The translations under genes and the position numbers were made by a program. The notes under the pieces were generated by a model. It worked only from the letters and a program-made list of their open reading frames with translations, did no database searches and was not told the DNA's origin. A stretch of 64,000 nucleotides of DNA from Spizellomyces punctatus DAOM BR117 (lineage: Eukaryota). This document shows, one piece after another, positions 12,730 to 24,400 of this stretch. Positions within the stretch are counted from its first letter, which is position 1. Each line of letters starts with the position of its first letter. The DNA is taken from NCBI GenBank assembly GCA_000182565.2, contig KQ257454.1; one strand, written 5' to 3'.

Positions 12730-12948
12730 GGTATGAGCTGCTTTGCATGGCAGAAGACGGCGGGGTTCGCTTTTATGGCCTTGATCCGGTTAATGTGACT
12801 TAATGTCGGCGCCAACCGGATTAACCATACACGGGTTAAATCGCTTTGCAACCATTTTGCATTCTGGGACGGCTGTTACGGAGCAAAGACGACGACTGGT
12901 TTGCAACAACCCTCATCACGTCCCTAACCAAAAACTCTACACAAGGCA

Positions 12949-13613
12949 ATGACTTCCCTTCTGCAGTCGATTCGTGCTCTGCGTAACAGCCAGACCGCCA
13001 AGAACCTTGCGGAATGGCACCACAACTTGATGGGGTACCGGAAGATGGGTACGCACATGTGAAATGGTGGATTTGAAATTGGTGGAGACCTTGAAGCTTA
13101 TCTGCGCGCTGTGCTGCTTAGGTTTGCGCTACGATGACCTCATTCCTGAGGAGAACGAAGTTGTCCAGGGTGCTCTTAACCGCCTCCCTCCCAAAGAGTA
13201 CCACGGTGGGTGCCGGCTCGACTTCAATACAGAGTTTGTCGAAGTTTCTTATTCAGATTGTAACTATCAAAACACAGACCGTGTCTTCCGGCAGAGGAGG
13301 GCGATCAACCTTTCTGCTCAACAGTCCGAGCTCGAACCCAAGGAATGGACCAAGCCAGAAGAGGTGGGTTCCCAGCTTCCTTTATTGTGGGCAAGAGAGT
13401 TGGTTGGGCGAGACTGGATTAAATGTTGATCTTATTGGAATCCTGTCTACCGAATGGCTTGATCTAAATCACGCCGCGTTGCACTGCTAGGACGTACGAT
13501 ACTTGACGCCTCTTGTCCAACAAGTTGAAAACGAGATTGCCACCAAGCAGGCTTTCGACAACTTGGTCACCATCCCCGCGGCATTGAAGAAGCGCAACAC
13601 CAGCTCCGTTTAA
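12949..13613 (+). CDS. QCR7: Cytochrome bc1 complex subunit 7, 4 exons
   Basis: [29 protein letters not shown]...DRVFRQRRA...WTKPEEDVRYLTP. Confidence 0.95.
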
Positions 13614-14133
13614 GTAAGCCTATGGTATGTTGGAAGCACACCTGTGCGATACAGGTTTTCCCTGGCTCACCCTGTCGTGATTTCTCAACAGATGAAACGG
13701 GATGCGCGATGATATCACACTGTTCGTTTTTAGACCATTGCTAATAATATATGTCTCCCACTTGTACCTTGCCATTCGTAGCCTTATGTGGCGAGTTTGC
13801 TGAGAAACTGGACTTGTAGTAGGAAGACTAATTTCTCGAGCCAAGTGTCTCGAGTCAAGCGACATCTGATAATGTACCAGCATATTTTCGACGTCTACTG
13901 TTTTTTTAATGTATCCACAATACATTCCCCGACCTTGGACGTGTTTACAAAGTGTTTTTCATAATGTTTCGCTGTTCCACTCTCTGATAGATTGGAAGCT
14001 GGCCCCACTCATGAAATTCAAATGACCTATATCAGACGTCAATCCATTGTGCAATCAGAGACTCTTTGATAACCCCAAAGATTTTCTTTGCAAAAAAAGA
14101 GAGCTGCCAATAGGCAACCCGTTAAAACTGTTT

Positions 14134-14154
14134 GTCGTCGTCGTCGTCGTCGTC
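14134..14154 (+). repeat. (GTC)7 microsatellite
   Basis: gtcgtcgtcgtcgtcgtcgtc in non-coding DNA. Confidence 0.8.
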
Positions 14155-14687
14155 ATTAACAGCTCAACAGTGACGATCCACAGCCAAAAAGACTTTGTCG
14201 CGTTCCCATTTCACGAACACGTCATTTTTCCGAAGCGTGAATTTCACATGGTAACCTTTCCCCAACAACACACGCGAGAAAAACGTCGTTTTCCGTAGGG
14301 CTGTGGTCGGCGGTGGGCGAAGAAAAAACACTGACGGACAGCTCCAAAGGAGGTGTGGGAGGTAAAGGGAAAATAAAAGAAGGAGGGCGGACATTCCTGT
14401 TGCGTCCACCTCTTAGCAAGATTCTGGTCACCAGGGTCAAACCCCGTGGTCCAAGAAGAACACGCTTGTCTGTGTTTGTGGGACTACCCCCCGCGGCTGT
14501 GACCTCGCCAGTGCGAAAAGGCTACTAGTAGTTCCCGTCCAAGTGATCGTCTTCACAATCGAACGAGTCTGCTCCGATATACGTTTGCTGAATGCAGGAG
14601 TCGTACTCTTGAACGGACGAGGGGATATTTTCCATTGACTTTTCCTCATAAAACACACGTCGCTGTCTGGTTGACTTGTGATACGAC

Positions 14688-16068
14688 ATGATTACCTTCA
14701 AAGCAGCGGTCATTGCCGCTATGGTAAGGCATCGCGCGGCATCTCTTGTGCACCGTGCAACCTCATCTGTGGTGTCGAATGGGACCATGGGCCACGCTGC
14801 GGGGGACACGACGACAATTATATCACGAACAGCGGTGAGAGCGGGAATTGAAGCATCCAGAAGACGCTCGGCGCGCATATCTGTGGACTTTGGGCGAACG
14901 TTTATGGCGGGCTTTGCCGGTGGGTAGAGCGGTCAAATCTAGTGTATAATGTGGGTGCCAGACGTTGATGTGCATGTCTTTCTTAGGGCGAATGAATGCT
15001 CCCCCGCCTCCTCCTCCACCCCCACCTGGATCTGATGGACTGGCTCCCTTCCCAATAGCGCTTTCGACAATATGTCTCACAATCATCGCACACAAGGCGC
15101 GATTCTATATGCAGACGCGACAAGCAACCGCTCGTCAGACTTACAACATGGCATCACGCGTTTTCCCGCAGCCAGATTCAAGCTTCATACAGCCCGAAAT
15201 ACTCCTCATTGCGGGACATTTGCTAAGGAAGTGGGGACGACCTGCGCAAGGTAGCATTAGCAATATCTTTCAGTCCCTTTCGGCAGTCGAATCGGGGAAC
15301 TCCTCGTCACCGTCATTTCTGATGGACGAGAGCGACGAGCAATTTCTCGAGCAACTCAACGAGGCCTATCCGCCTCTGATTGCAGTAGTGTCACCTGAAA
15401 CACTCTCCGAAGAAGAACTCGCCGAGTCCGGTATAGATAAGAATATTTTAGATGCAGCACTAAAGAGCGTGAACGAAGCGGATGAGAAGAAGCACGTCGA
15501 TGAGCCCGAGGACGATTTTATTGAGACGTCTGCTACGTCCGTTACTCCAAAAAACTTCTTGTCGGATCTACACGATTCGGTGCAAGTCCTTGCTGCCACC
15601 ATCATCAATCTAGCGACCGAATGGGTCATGTCAGCGTCTACCGCCCATCGTAATCTTCCGTCAATGGTTCCTGCAGAGGTGATGGAAGAGATGAGCTTCC
15701 TTCGCGAATATCTGCAACTATGCGTGGCGGCGAATAGGGCTTTGGATTTGCCCCTGTTGTTCCCGTCGGAAATGGAGCTTAATGAACGTGGTGAATTGAC
15801 CAAACTGAAGCGGTCAGTTTGGGTTATTATTGTGCGCGCTGTGGCCAGGAGCTTGGCGGGAGCTGTGGTGGTGGTTGCACCGCACCTCGCTGCCAAGGTT
15901 GGAGTGATAGAATCGAATCAAGGCAATATGAACCTGATCGAGGAATCTATCCTCGAAACTGATGCTTTCCAGATGTGGGGACTAGGCCTTCCGGAGCATC
16001 TGTTGAATACTGAGTATGAGAGAATGGTATCAAGAGGGTTCGATGAAGATGGTGTCGATGCATGGTAG
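14688..16068 (+). CDS. Hypothetical protein with poly-proline tract and acidic region, 2 exons
   Basis: ORF 14688-14927 splices over a short GT..AG intron into the long ORF ending at 16068. No family recognised. Confidence 0.65.
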
Positions 16069-16751
16069 ATGCGACAACAAGAACCGCACCATGCTCGCAA
16101 TTGGCGGCCCTGCAACCTTTCCCGGTTTTGGCAGCAGCTATGACGCGGATATAAACCGTTGGATGGTCATCTTCCTCATTAGAGGATGACCTCTCCGGCC
16201 AACTGGTGTCTCCTGCAATGTAAACACACATGCCACTCGGATGACAGCCGGCCGGCCCCCGCCCGCCCGCGCCCGACTGGTTCGCGGCAGAGCCCGTTGT
16301 CAGACTTTTTGTAAAGATGCGTACAAACTTTTTGGTCAGTGTACACACAGTATGCTGTATGCACCCTTCGACTTGACTAGCGGAGGAGGAATTCTTTGTG
16401 CCTAGTGAATCTTTGTAGTTTATAATTGTTGTTTATGACTGTTCAAGTAATATTTTTGTAGATAACTGTAATATGTACCTTAATGTAATACTTTTTTAAA
16501 AGAATCTAATCGTCGTTTCCGACTTTTTCGTTAAATTCACCTTTGATGATATTCATACAGAAAAGACTTGTGGTAATCAGCTTCTGTTGATCGCATGGAA
16601 TTCTATTCAAATATGAGCCGGCGAATTTGTTCAATGCAACGGCTATAGCTCCTATTTGCTAAAAACTCTCCCACACCCTGGCAATGCTTGACTCTATCCT
16701 AAGCTCCGATAAATAAATAACAACCCAACTCCATATAAACACTAATGGCCT

Positions 16752-17380
16752 CTACAACTTTTCCGGTGGCTGATACGCTGAGAGCTCCGCAAGGGATTCT
16801 CCAACCTTGATCATAGTGTGTCGAATGACACGCTGGTCATACCGCAAGGATCGGGAAAGCGCACGCATGGATTGTGGGGAGGAATAGAATTGCATTACAA
16901 AATAGCTGCAAAAAAGGATCGGAGTAAGAGGCAAGCATAAACAAATCGATTTTCGCACCACGGTACAATTTTGCATGAATACTTACTCTCCTGTATCAAA
17001 AATCTCCTGATGTCTCTTCATCCGATATGGAAGTGTCTTGTCCGCATCTGTCAATTCGAATCCTTTTACCACACCCTTTCGATCAAGGATTTGGAGGGCC
17101 GACTCTTTGATGAGTTTCTGAGTGGACGTCAAAGGTTTCTTCTCCGGTGCAGCAAACAAGCCCTGATATGACCCCACAGTTGACCCCGCACTTGGTCCAA
17201 AGCTGGCAGCGAATGGAAGGGTGGAGTTGAGTGCATCCGCCGCACTCGTGGCAGCTCTCGCCGCTGCTCGTATTGGCTAGAGTTCGCAGTGTATTGAGTG
17301 GATTTTGCCTTTTCAGCTACAGCAGATAGCATACTTACCGCTGACGATCGTGCTATGCAAACTAGTTCATACAGAGGCAT
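16752..17380 (-). CDS. MRP17: Mitochondrial small-subunit ribosomal protein bS6m, 3 exons
   Basis: MPLYELVCIAR...ILDRKGVVKGF...LPYRMKRHQ...YFVMQFYSSP...LRYDQRVIRHTMIK. Confidence 0.9.
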
Positions 17381-17467
17381 GTGGAAGATGAGTAAATGGA
17401 GATTGGAGTCAATGTCCCAGTGTACAGTGTCGGCCTCCAAACTCTATTCTGTTGACATGACTCACGA

Positions 17468-17481
17468 GTTGCCATGGCAGT
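17468..17481. promoter_or_regulatory. RFX X-box-like palindrome GTTGCCATGGCAGT in the MRP17/FIGNL1 divergent promoter
   Basis: 12/14 match to GTTGCCATGGCAAC within a 197-bp intergenic gap. Confidence 0.5.
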
Positions 17482-17577
17482 CGCAGAACGTGATGTTCAC
17501 TTGACGGTGATAATGAATAGCACAGCCGCCCAATGGATGGGTAATGTTCCCAATAGTGTTTTGAACCTTGCTAAAGA

Positions 17578-20500
17578 ATGAATCAGCAGGCCAGAGAACG
17601 ATTGCACAGATTCCAAACACATCTCTTTGCAGCAGAGGCCTGTTTGGATGCAGCTAAAGGACAGAAACCTCAGGGTGCGACTGGACAACAAACCCACAAC
17701 CCTCTCGATGCTGCTGGACATATGCGGAAGGCCATGCTACAAGTGGATGCTGAAGCCGCCGATGCAGCGGAAAATATATACAGCGCACGATTGACGGGAA
17801 AGGATCTTCTGCTAGCTATAAAGCGACGTCACAATATCGCGTACGCAGAGGAGGAGGTAGATCTTATGTGTGGTTTCACCAAAATAAACAAAACAATGCA
17901 TCTGACAATCGTTGTAATAGTATCTGCAAATGTATGGCAAATGCATGGAACCTCACTTTGACAGCAAAAGAGCTGGGTCAGTTGCTGCGCAGGTTGAAAA
18001 GATTCTGGTCCAGCGTCGCGGTCGGCTTGAAAGCCGCATGCAAACCTGGAAGTCGGAGTTGACGTTGGACGGCATGATGGATATGGTATGATGGAAGGAT
18101 TCCGGAATTTGCATGCTGAGCAGGGAATGAATATGGACCAGTAAAGGAACTGACCCTAGTCCTTTAGATGTGCATCGACGATTCCATGGACTTGGCTCCA
18201 CCAGATTTGACCGAATTCGGCGTTGCGAAAGCACTATTTGCAAACGTCAAGCAGTCTACACCAATTTCTCGACCTGTTCAGGGTCAAGGTATTTCGATGC
18301 AGCACCACACGCCGGCTCCTGCACCGGTGAGTACAAGGAAATCCACTTCCAATGCAGAACTGTTGAACGGTGCTGTCAATCGGTCACAACGGTCGGAATC
18401 ATCACAAATGAGAAAAGACCTTTTCGGAACTGAATCGGTGGTTCCGCAGTCTGGTAGCAGTCTCCACCGTCGATTTTCCGAACACGTTACTGGGACACAA
18501 AATCAAAACGTCCGGTCAAGCACGAGAGGTCCATCAGCGGGTGGTCATGTTGTCAGCTTGGCGGCATTGAGACCATCAAATAGACGCACGGACACATCTG
18601 ATGATCTTGATCCTATGGACATGGACGAGCGAAGTGGATATAAGGTGCTCTATCTGTATCGCACCGCAATTTGAGGTTTCTACTCATGCATAGTCATCGG
18701 TTCGGTAGAGACGAGCCCGTGACTCGGATGAAGAGGAAAGCGAAGAAGATGCATTTAATCGCAGGTCCAATCCATCAAGTGATGGGTTCATGACCGGTGG
18801 TGAAAAGCTGGTAAGTGCTCGCTTGATTAGGAAGTATATTGATGGCGGTTGTGACCAAAAGTCCTGTAGGCGCTGGATAACTTGACCAAGAACCGGGGAC
18901 GCATACCGCCGAGTTCTGGCCGGGGAGGGGCAACTCTTACTAAAAGAAAAAAGCATCTTGGTACAAACGGGCGAAGGTTTGTCTCACCACTGCTGAATAG
19001 GGATGAGGAAAATAGTACCAGGTAATAGTTCAGCTCATTATCAACATTATCGAATTGCCAATGATACTTGCTAGTTCTACGCGTGCAAGGAAATACCTAC
19101 CGCAATCCGCCCAAAGCCAGGAGGGCGAAGAAGTGGATGAGCGCCTTAGAAATATAGAACCTCGGATGATTGAGACGATCATGAATGAGATGCTGGATAA
19201 AGTTGCTCAAGTCACTTGGTAAACAGTTCATCATGCATATGCGTTCCAGAACAGGTCTTAATGATCTGATGGACTATTAGGAACGACATTGCTGGTTTAG
19301 AGCTCGCGAAAAGCACAATCAAGGAGATTGTAGTCTTTCCTATGTTGCGACCGGATATCTTCTGCGGGGTACGAGCGCCTTCAAAAGGTAACGTCTGCAA
19401 AGAGGGGCTTAACCGACCACAGTGCCATGCTAATAGCTCTCTCTCAAGGGCTACTTTTGTTTGGACCGCCTGGTGGGTGTTCCTAGCATTTCGTGACATT
19501 CTTTCTCTATTGATTAATTTTCGGGTTGGGTATCGCTGCAATCTGCTCCTTAGGGACAGGTGAGACAACTTTTCATCTCACATTTTCTGGAGCCGCTGAG
19601 TAAAAGACGAAATAATCATCTAAGGGAAGACATTAATTGGCAAATGCATCGCCAGTCAATGCAAGGCGACCTTCTTCAGTATCAGCTCCTCCTCATTGAC
19701 ATCCAAATGGGTATGTGTGGATCTCTGTAGCTTTCGATGCCAGTAGGCGGTTTATTGATTATGTTACCTTCCCCGGTAGATCGGGTAAGTTGGGATATTA
19801 AATCAGTTCTTGCCATCCGATCATGGCAATGAATTGCATTCTCATACAAAGAGACGGTGAGAAAATGGTGCGCGCTTTATTTGCTGTGGCACGCGTACAC
19901 CAGCCAAGCGTCATATTTGTTGATGAGATCGATTCGTTGTTAACTCAACGGACTGACGGGGAGCACGATGCTACCCGACGGATAAAGACGGAATTTCTGG
20001 TGTGGAATTGTTGCATTTGTTGCATTTGTTGGATGCATTCCTGTGACATGGTGGCTGACTTGCTTGCTGTAGGTTCAATTTGATGGTTGTGGGACAGATA
20101 ATGAAGATAGGATTTTGTTGATAGGTACGGGTTTTACCAAAGTGATTTGCAGCTCATTATCGTTCCATCGAAGCTGAGCCCTTTCTCAGGTGCAACCAAC
20201 AGGTGCCGACCGCCACTTCAGCTGTCACATTACTGCGACCAAAATCGCTGATCATTTAACACTGGAGCAGACCCCATGAAATCGACGAGGCTGCCCGCAG
20301 GAGATTTCGGAAACGGCTCTACATCCCGTTACCCGAGGCTGAAGCACGTCGAAGTATTGTTTTGAATCTCTTGTCGAGACTCAGACACGCGCTATCGGAC
20401 GAGCATGTTGACGAGGTGATTCGCCGAACCGATGGTATGTGAGCCACACGTCGGTTGCCTTACAATACTTGCAGTTTTAAAAGTCTTGTGTCATTGGCAG

Positions 20501-20783
20501 GTTACAGTGGTTCCGATATGGACGGTCTCGTCCGCGAGGCAGCTCTCGGTAAGTTTAACCTCATCTCGTTTTTCTCCGCACTGTCAATAACTTATCTGGC
20601 CGCAAAGGTCCCATACGCGACATTCAAGATATTTCAAATATAGACGTGTCCGACGTCCGCCCCATTATCCTCGAAGATTTCATAGACGCGCTGACGCAGG
20701 TGAAACCCAGTGTTTCGCCAAAGGATTTAGAGCTGTATGTCAAGTTTGATCAAGAGTTTGGAAGTGTTAGTAGAAAACCTTGA
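17578..20783 (+). CDS. FIGNL1: Fidgetin-like AAA+ ATPase; many exons including micro-exons
   Basis: [91 protein letters not shown]. Confidence 0.9.
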
Positions 20784-21081
20784 GCAAGCGTAGGACGAGA
20801 TTGTATATAGGATGGACGGTAGGAGGTACTTGACAGACGGGTCGCTAAATTAACGATGGAGAACATTTCCAATTGGCCATTTGCACTCTTTCATCATCTC
20901 GACCTCCGTCAATGCGCGCCTAACCCTTGAGCACGTGCCGATCACAACGCCTCTGTGTGACAGAAGGTGACTGACCGACGACAAGGACAGGCGCTGAGAA
21001 ATGGGGCAGCGACCAGACGAGTTGGAAAAAATAGAATTAATTTGATCATTTGATCAATTCCACCACCACGAACAGCGCCTA

Positions 21082-23689
21082 ATGGCATCTTTGGACTCTG
21101 GATCTCCATCCACTGAAGCAGTCGATAGCAGTCCAGCAAAAAAGGGCCGCATACAAGCTTGCGGTAAGTGAGAGTCATTCCGACAATGTCGGCCACCAAC
21201 TAACATTTTTCATTCCGCCACCCAGACCGATGTCGTGTGCGGAAACGAAAGTGCAACGGCGCTCGCCCTACTTGCAACAACTGTGAAAAGGCTCGGGATC
21301 GAGGGATTCTCGACGTTGAGTGCACCTATGCCGAAAAGAAAAAGCGACCACGGAGGCAGCTGCGAGACGTGCTGATTGAGCGACTAGAAGCACTAGAGGC
21401 GCTATTACGGCCACTGCAGGAGGGAGGCGCTGCCCCTTCTGCCAGCACTGCTGCAGCTGCACGGGCCGAAATGGCTGGCATTATGCAGGGGTTGAGTAGT
21501 GGCCGAAAAGCTGATGCAGTGGAGGACGCAGAAGAGAGCGGAGACGAGCAGGACGAGGACGAAGACGAGAATGATGGTGAGGAGTCATGGATGGACTGGC
21601 AGGAGGGTCAGCGACAAATTGTGGGTACACAACAACAAGCTATTACCATGACAGCGGCAGTCGCCGCTGGAAACCCAACATACTCCTCACCGCCTCCATC
21701 GGATCCTCCTGCGTCAGACGACGACCTGTCCGAAGGTTCACCCGCCATGCCCATCACCTACATGCTCGGTAACGAAGTACCAGTGTTTGACGCAGTATCA
21801 TGGCCATCCCTCGTACCTCCCCATCTTCCTCTCGGGTCTGCCGAGATGACGTACGCAATCGATCCTCAAACGTTTCTGACGGCAATCCATCCATCAACTC
21901 CCATCCCACAATCTATGCAGACAACTGTACCACTAGAACTACCGCATCTCTTCACCCATCTCATCGCCCTTTACTTTGCTTTCATCAATACCTGTATGCC
22001 TCTATTTGACGAGGCTTACTTCTTTTCCAATCTCATCCCAACGAACCGGCACTCCCCAGCGCTGCTATACGCAATCTATGCATACGGATGCTTGCATTCA
22101 CGACATCCAGCCTTGTACCAGGAACCGTACCGTAATCCGAGGACTGCATCGGAACTCTTCCACGCTGAAGCTACAAAGGCATTGGAAGGGGTAACTGATA
22201 CCATAACCCGGTTACAAGTGCTGATTATGTTGGGCAAATGGAGTTTTGGAATGAACCAGCCTGCTAAGGCTCTCCAGTACTTTTGTAAGTTCAAGATGAA
22301 TTTTTCATTCAAGCCTGCATGTTGTCAACCTAATACGTCGGTTGTTTCACAGCATCTGCTATTCAGGCTACGGAAAGGGCGAGGCTTGGTTTCGCCGGTG
22401 GACACGAGGCGAACCGCTTACTCTCGCTCTGGGGAGCCCCCACTTCTTGTGATCCCCGTCATACACTTTTGACATTACGCATCACTTGGATGTTTTGCTT
22501 CACGGCGGACACAATGACTTCAATGGCCGCCGAGTTGAATCCAGCCATGGAAGAGTCCAACTATACACATATTTTGGCCGAAGCGGTGGACTCTTCACGG
22601 GCTAGTCTTGTTTCGCTGCCTGCAACATCATCCCCGGAATTGGAAGATAAAGGTCTTTGGCGCCAACTACTTCATGGCCATCCCAGTTACACGATTCATG
22701 ATTTTCGACCCAATGCCTGGACGCCGTCGCTCGAGCTACTGGAGACTCACTGCGATAGAACGAAACCATGGTTCTTACAATTGCAATTCTTGCTACGGCG
22801 CATTCAGCGATTTTCACGCGACGTACCCTTTGACACTCGTCGATACGAAGGGACTTCCGCGAGTTTGGTCTTCTCTGTGTTGCCAAAACCGAGTGGATGT
22901 AGTGCTCAGGAGAGAGAACAAGAGAGAATTCGTCTGCACAACGTGCTGGTGGAATGGTGGAGCACTTTGCCACCGGAAGAGCGTTCATTTGATAGTTTGG
23001 AAGTATTCAGGGACGGGAGATTACCTCCGCTGCCAAGTGTCGCGCAGCTGGCCAGCTTTCAATATGCTATGATGAATGCGTTTTATATCGCGGCCTTTGC
23101 GCTTGTGCATCATCGGGAGGGAGTGGATTTGGAGATGGACGTTACCGGAACTGCTGGCTACCGTACCTGTGTTACCTTGTCAAACGTACCTTTGGCAACG
23201 TCCGCCGAGATTCTAATGCTGACGATGCGGGCAAAAGCATTCCTCATCCGAGCGATTTATGCTATGAATGGATTCACTACTATTCCCCCTACGCCCTCAC
23301 GATCTCCAGCGGAAGAGTTTAGCCCCGCGTCGCCTGCACCACCTCTTCTGTTCATACAGAATCCTGTGACATGCTATACAGTATGGCTTGTCGGTGCCGC
23401 ATTCCTTGCCTTCGTGTCAAGAGTCCGCCAAAACGGAATAATTCCCCGTTCGGCGCTGCGCGATCCTCTAATACAGGAAGGTCTGGATATTATCACTACG
23501 GTGTATTTACCAATGCTGGAAAGCGGAAGACGCATTTGGACGATAATGGACCTTTATGCAAACAAGTTGAAGCAACTACTGGAAAAGGTGGAGCGCGGAG
23601 AAGTTGTCGGAATTAGACAATGGTCTGGAGCTCGTGCCAGTGAGTTATTGGACATATCTAATGAGCTTAATAGTTCATTACGGCTATGA
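21082..23689 (+). CDS. Zn(II)2Cys6 fungal transcription factor with middle homology region, 3 exons
   Basis: ACDRCRVRKRKCNGARPTCNNC...C; LIALYFAFINTCMPLF; an intron at about 22285-22352 joins the two long ORFs. Confidence 0.9.
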
Positions 23690-23841
23690 ACGTGATAGAC
23701 ATAGATGGGTTTTTTCTGGTCTGTTCCTATAATTTTTTCTGTCTTATATGAGGCTTTCAATAAATGTAAATGTGTAGTAACCAGCAGAAACTAGTAGCTC
23801 CGACTAGAATTCAATATTTGCCGGCTGAGTTGGGTAGTGTT

Positions 23842-23855
23842 GTTGCCATGCCAAC
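23842..23855. promoter_or_regulatory. RFX X-box-like element GTTGCCATGCCAAC
   Basis: 13/14 match to the X-box palindrome, upstream of the NBP2-like locus. Confidence 0.45.
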
Positions 23856-24400
23856 TGCAGAGCGTCATCACCGTGTATTGACGGAACCGCGTACCTCCTC
23901 ACCTGTAAAGCAACTTGAACTGTTCGCTCTGCAACCTACTACCTTACGATAACTCTGAAGCCTTTCAGTAATAGACTGGATAGTCCTTTATGGAGGCAGA
24001 CAAAGAGGTGGTGCCTGTCTCTCTAGGTAGGAATCCGTTCATCTGTGTCCTTGGGTTCCTTGTGGTCTGATTTAGTGTTTTGAAGCCCCCGAAACAAGTA
24101 TTAGTGAAGAGGAAAGAAAGCGGATTTCTGGAAGAAGCGAGGGAAGTTGGAAAAATGGAAGAAACAGCGTACGGAGCTCTGTTGCCTCGCAAGCTAGCAA
24201 GTCGAGGGCGTCGAGGGTGCAGCGATACTCGCAGTTTGAAGGTGCGGGACTTGGTTCGCTATGCACTGCGTGGGAAAGCAGGGATTACAGTTTTGTGCTT
24301 GAAGGCTGCATTAAACATGCTCGTAGAGTTTGATTGTCGGCATGCACATAGAAGGAGGAGAAAAGTGCTAGAATCTGGATTTTGACAGCACTGAAATCTA

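Noticed and set aside
22280-22472. Apparent frameshift between the two Zn2Cys6 ORFs
   Set aside because: Explained by a normal GT-AG intron at about 22285-22352.
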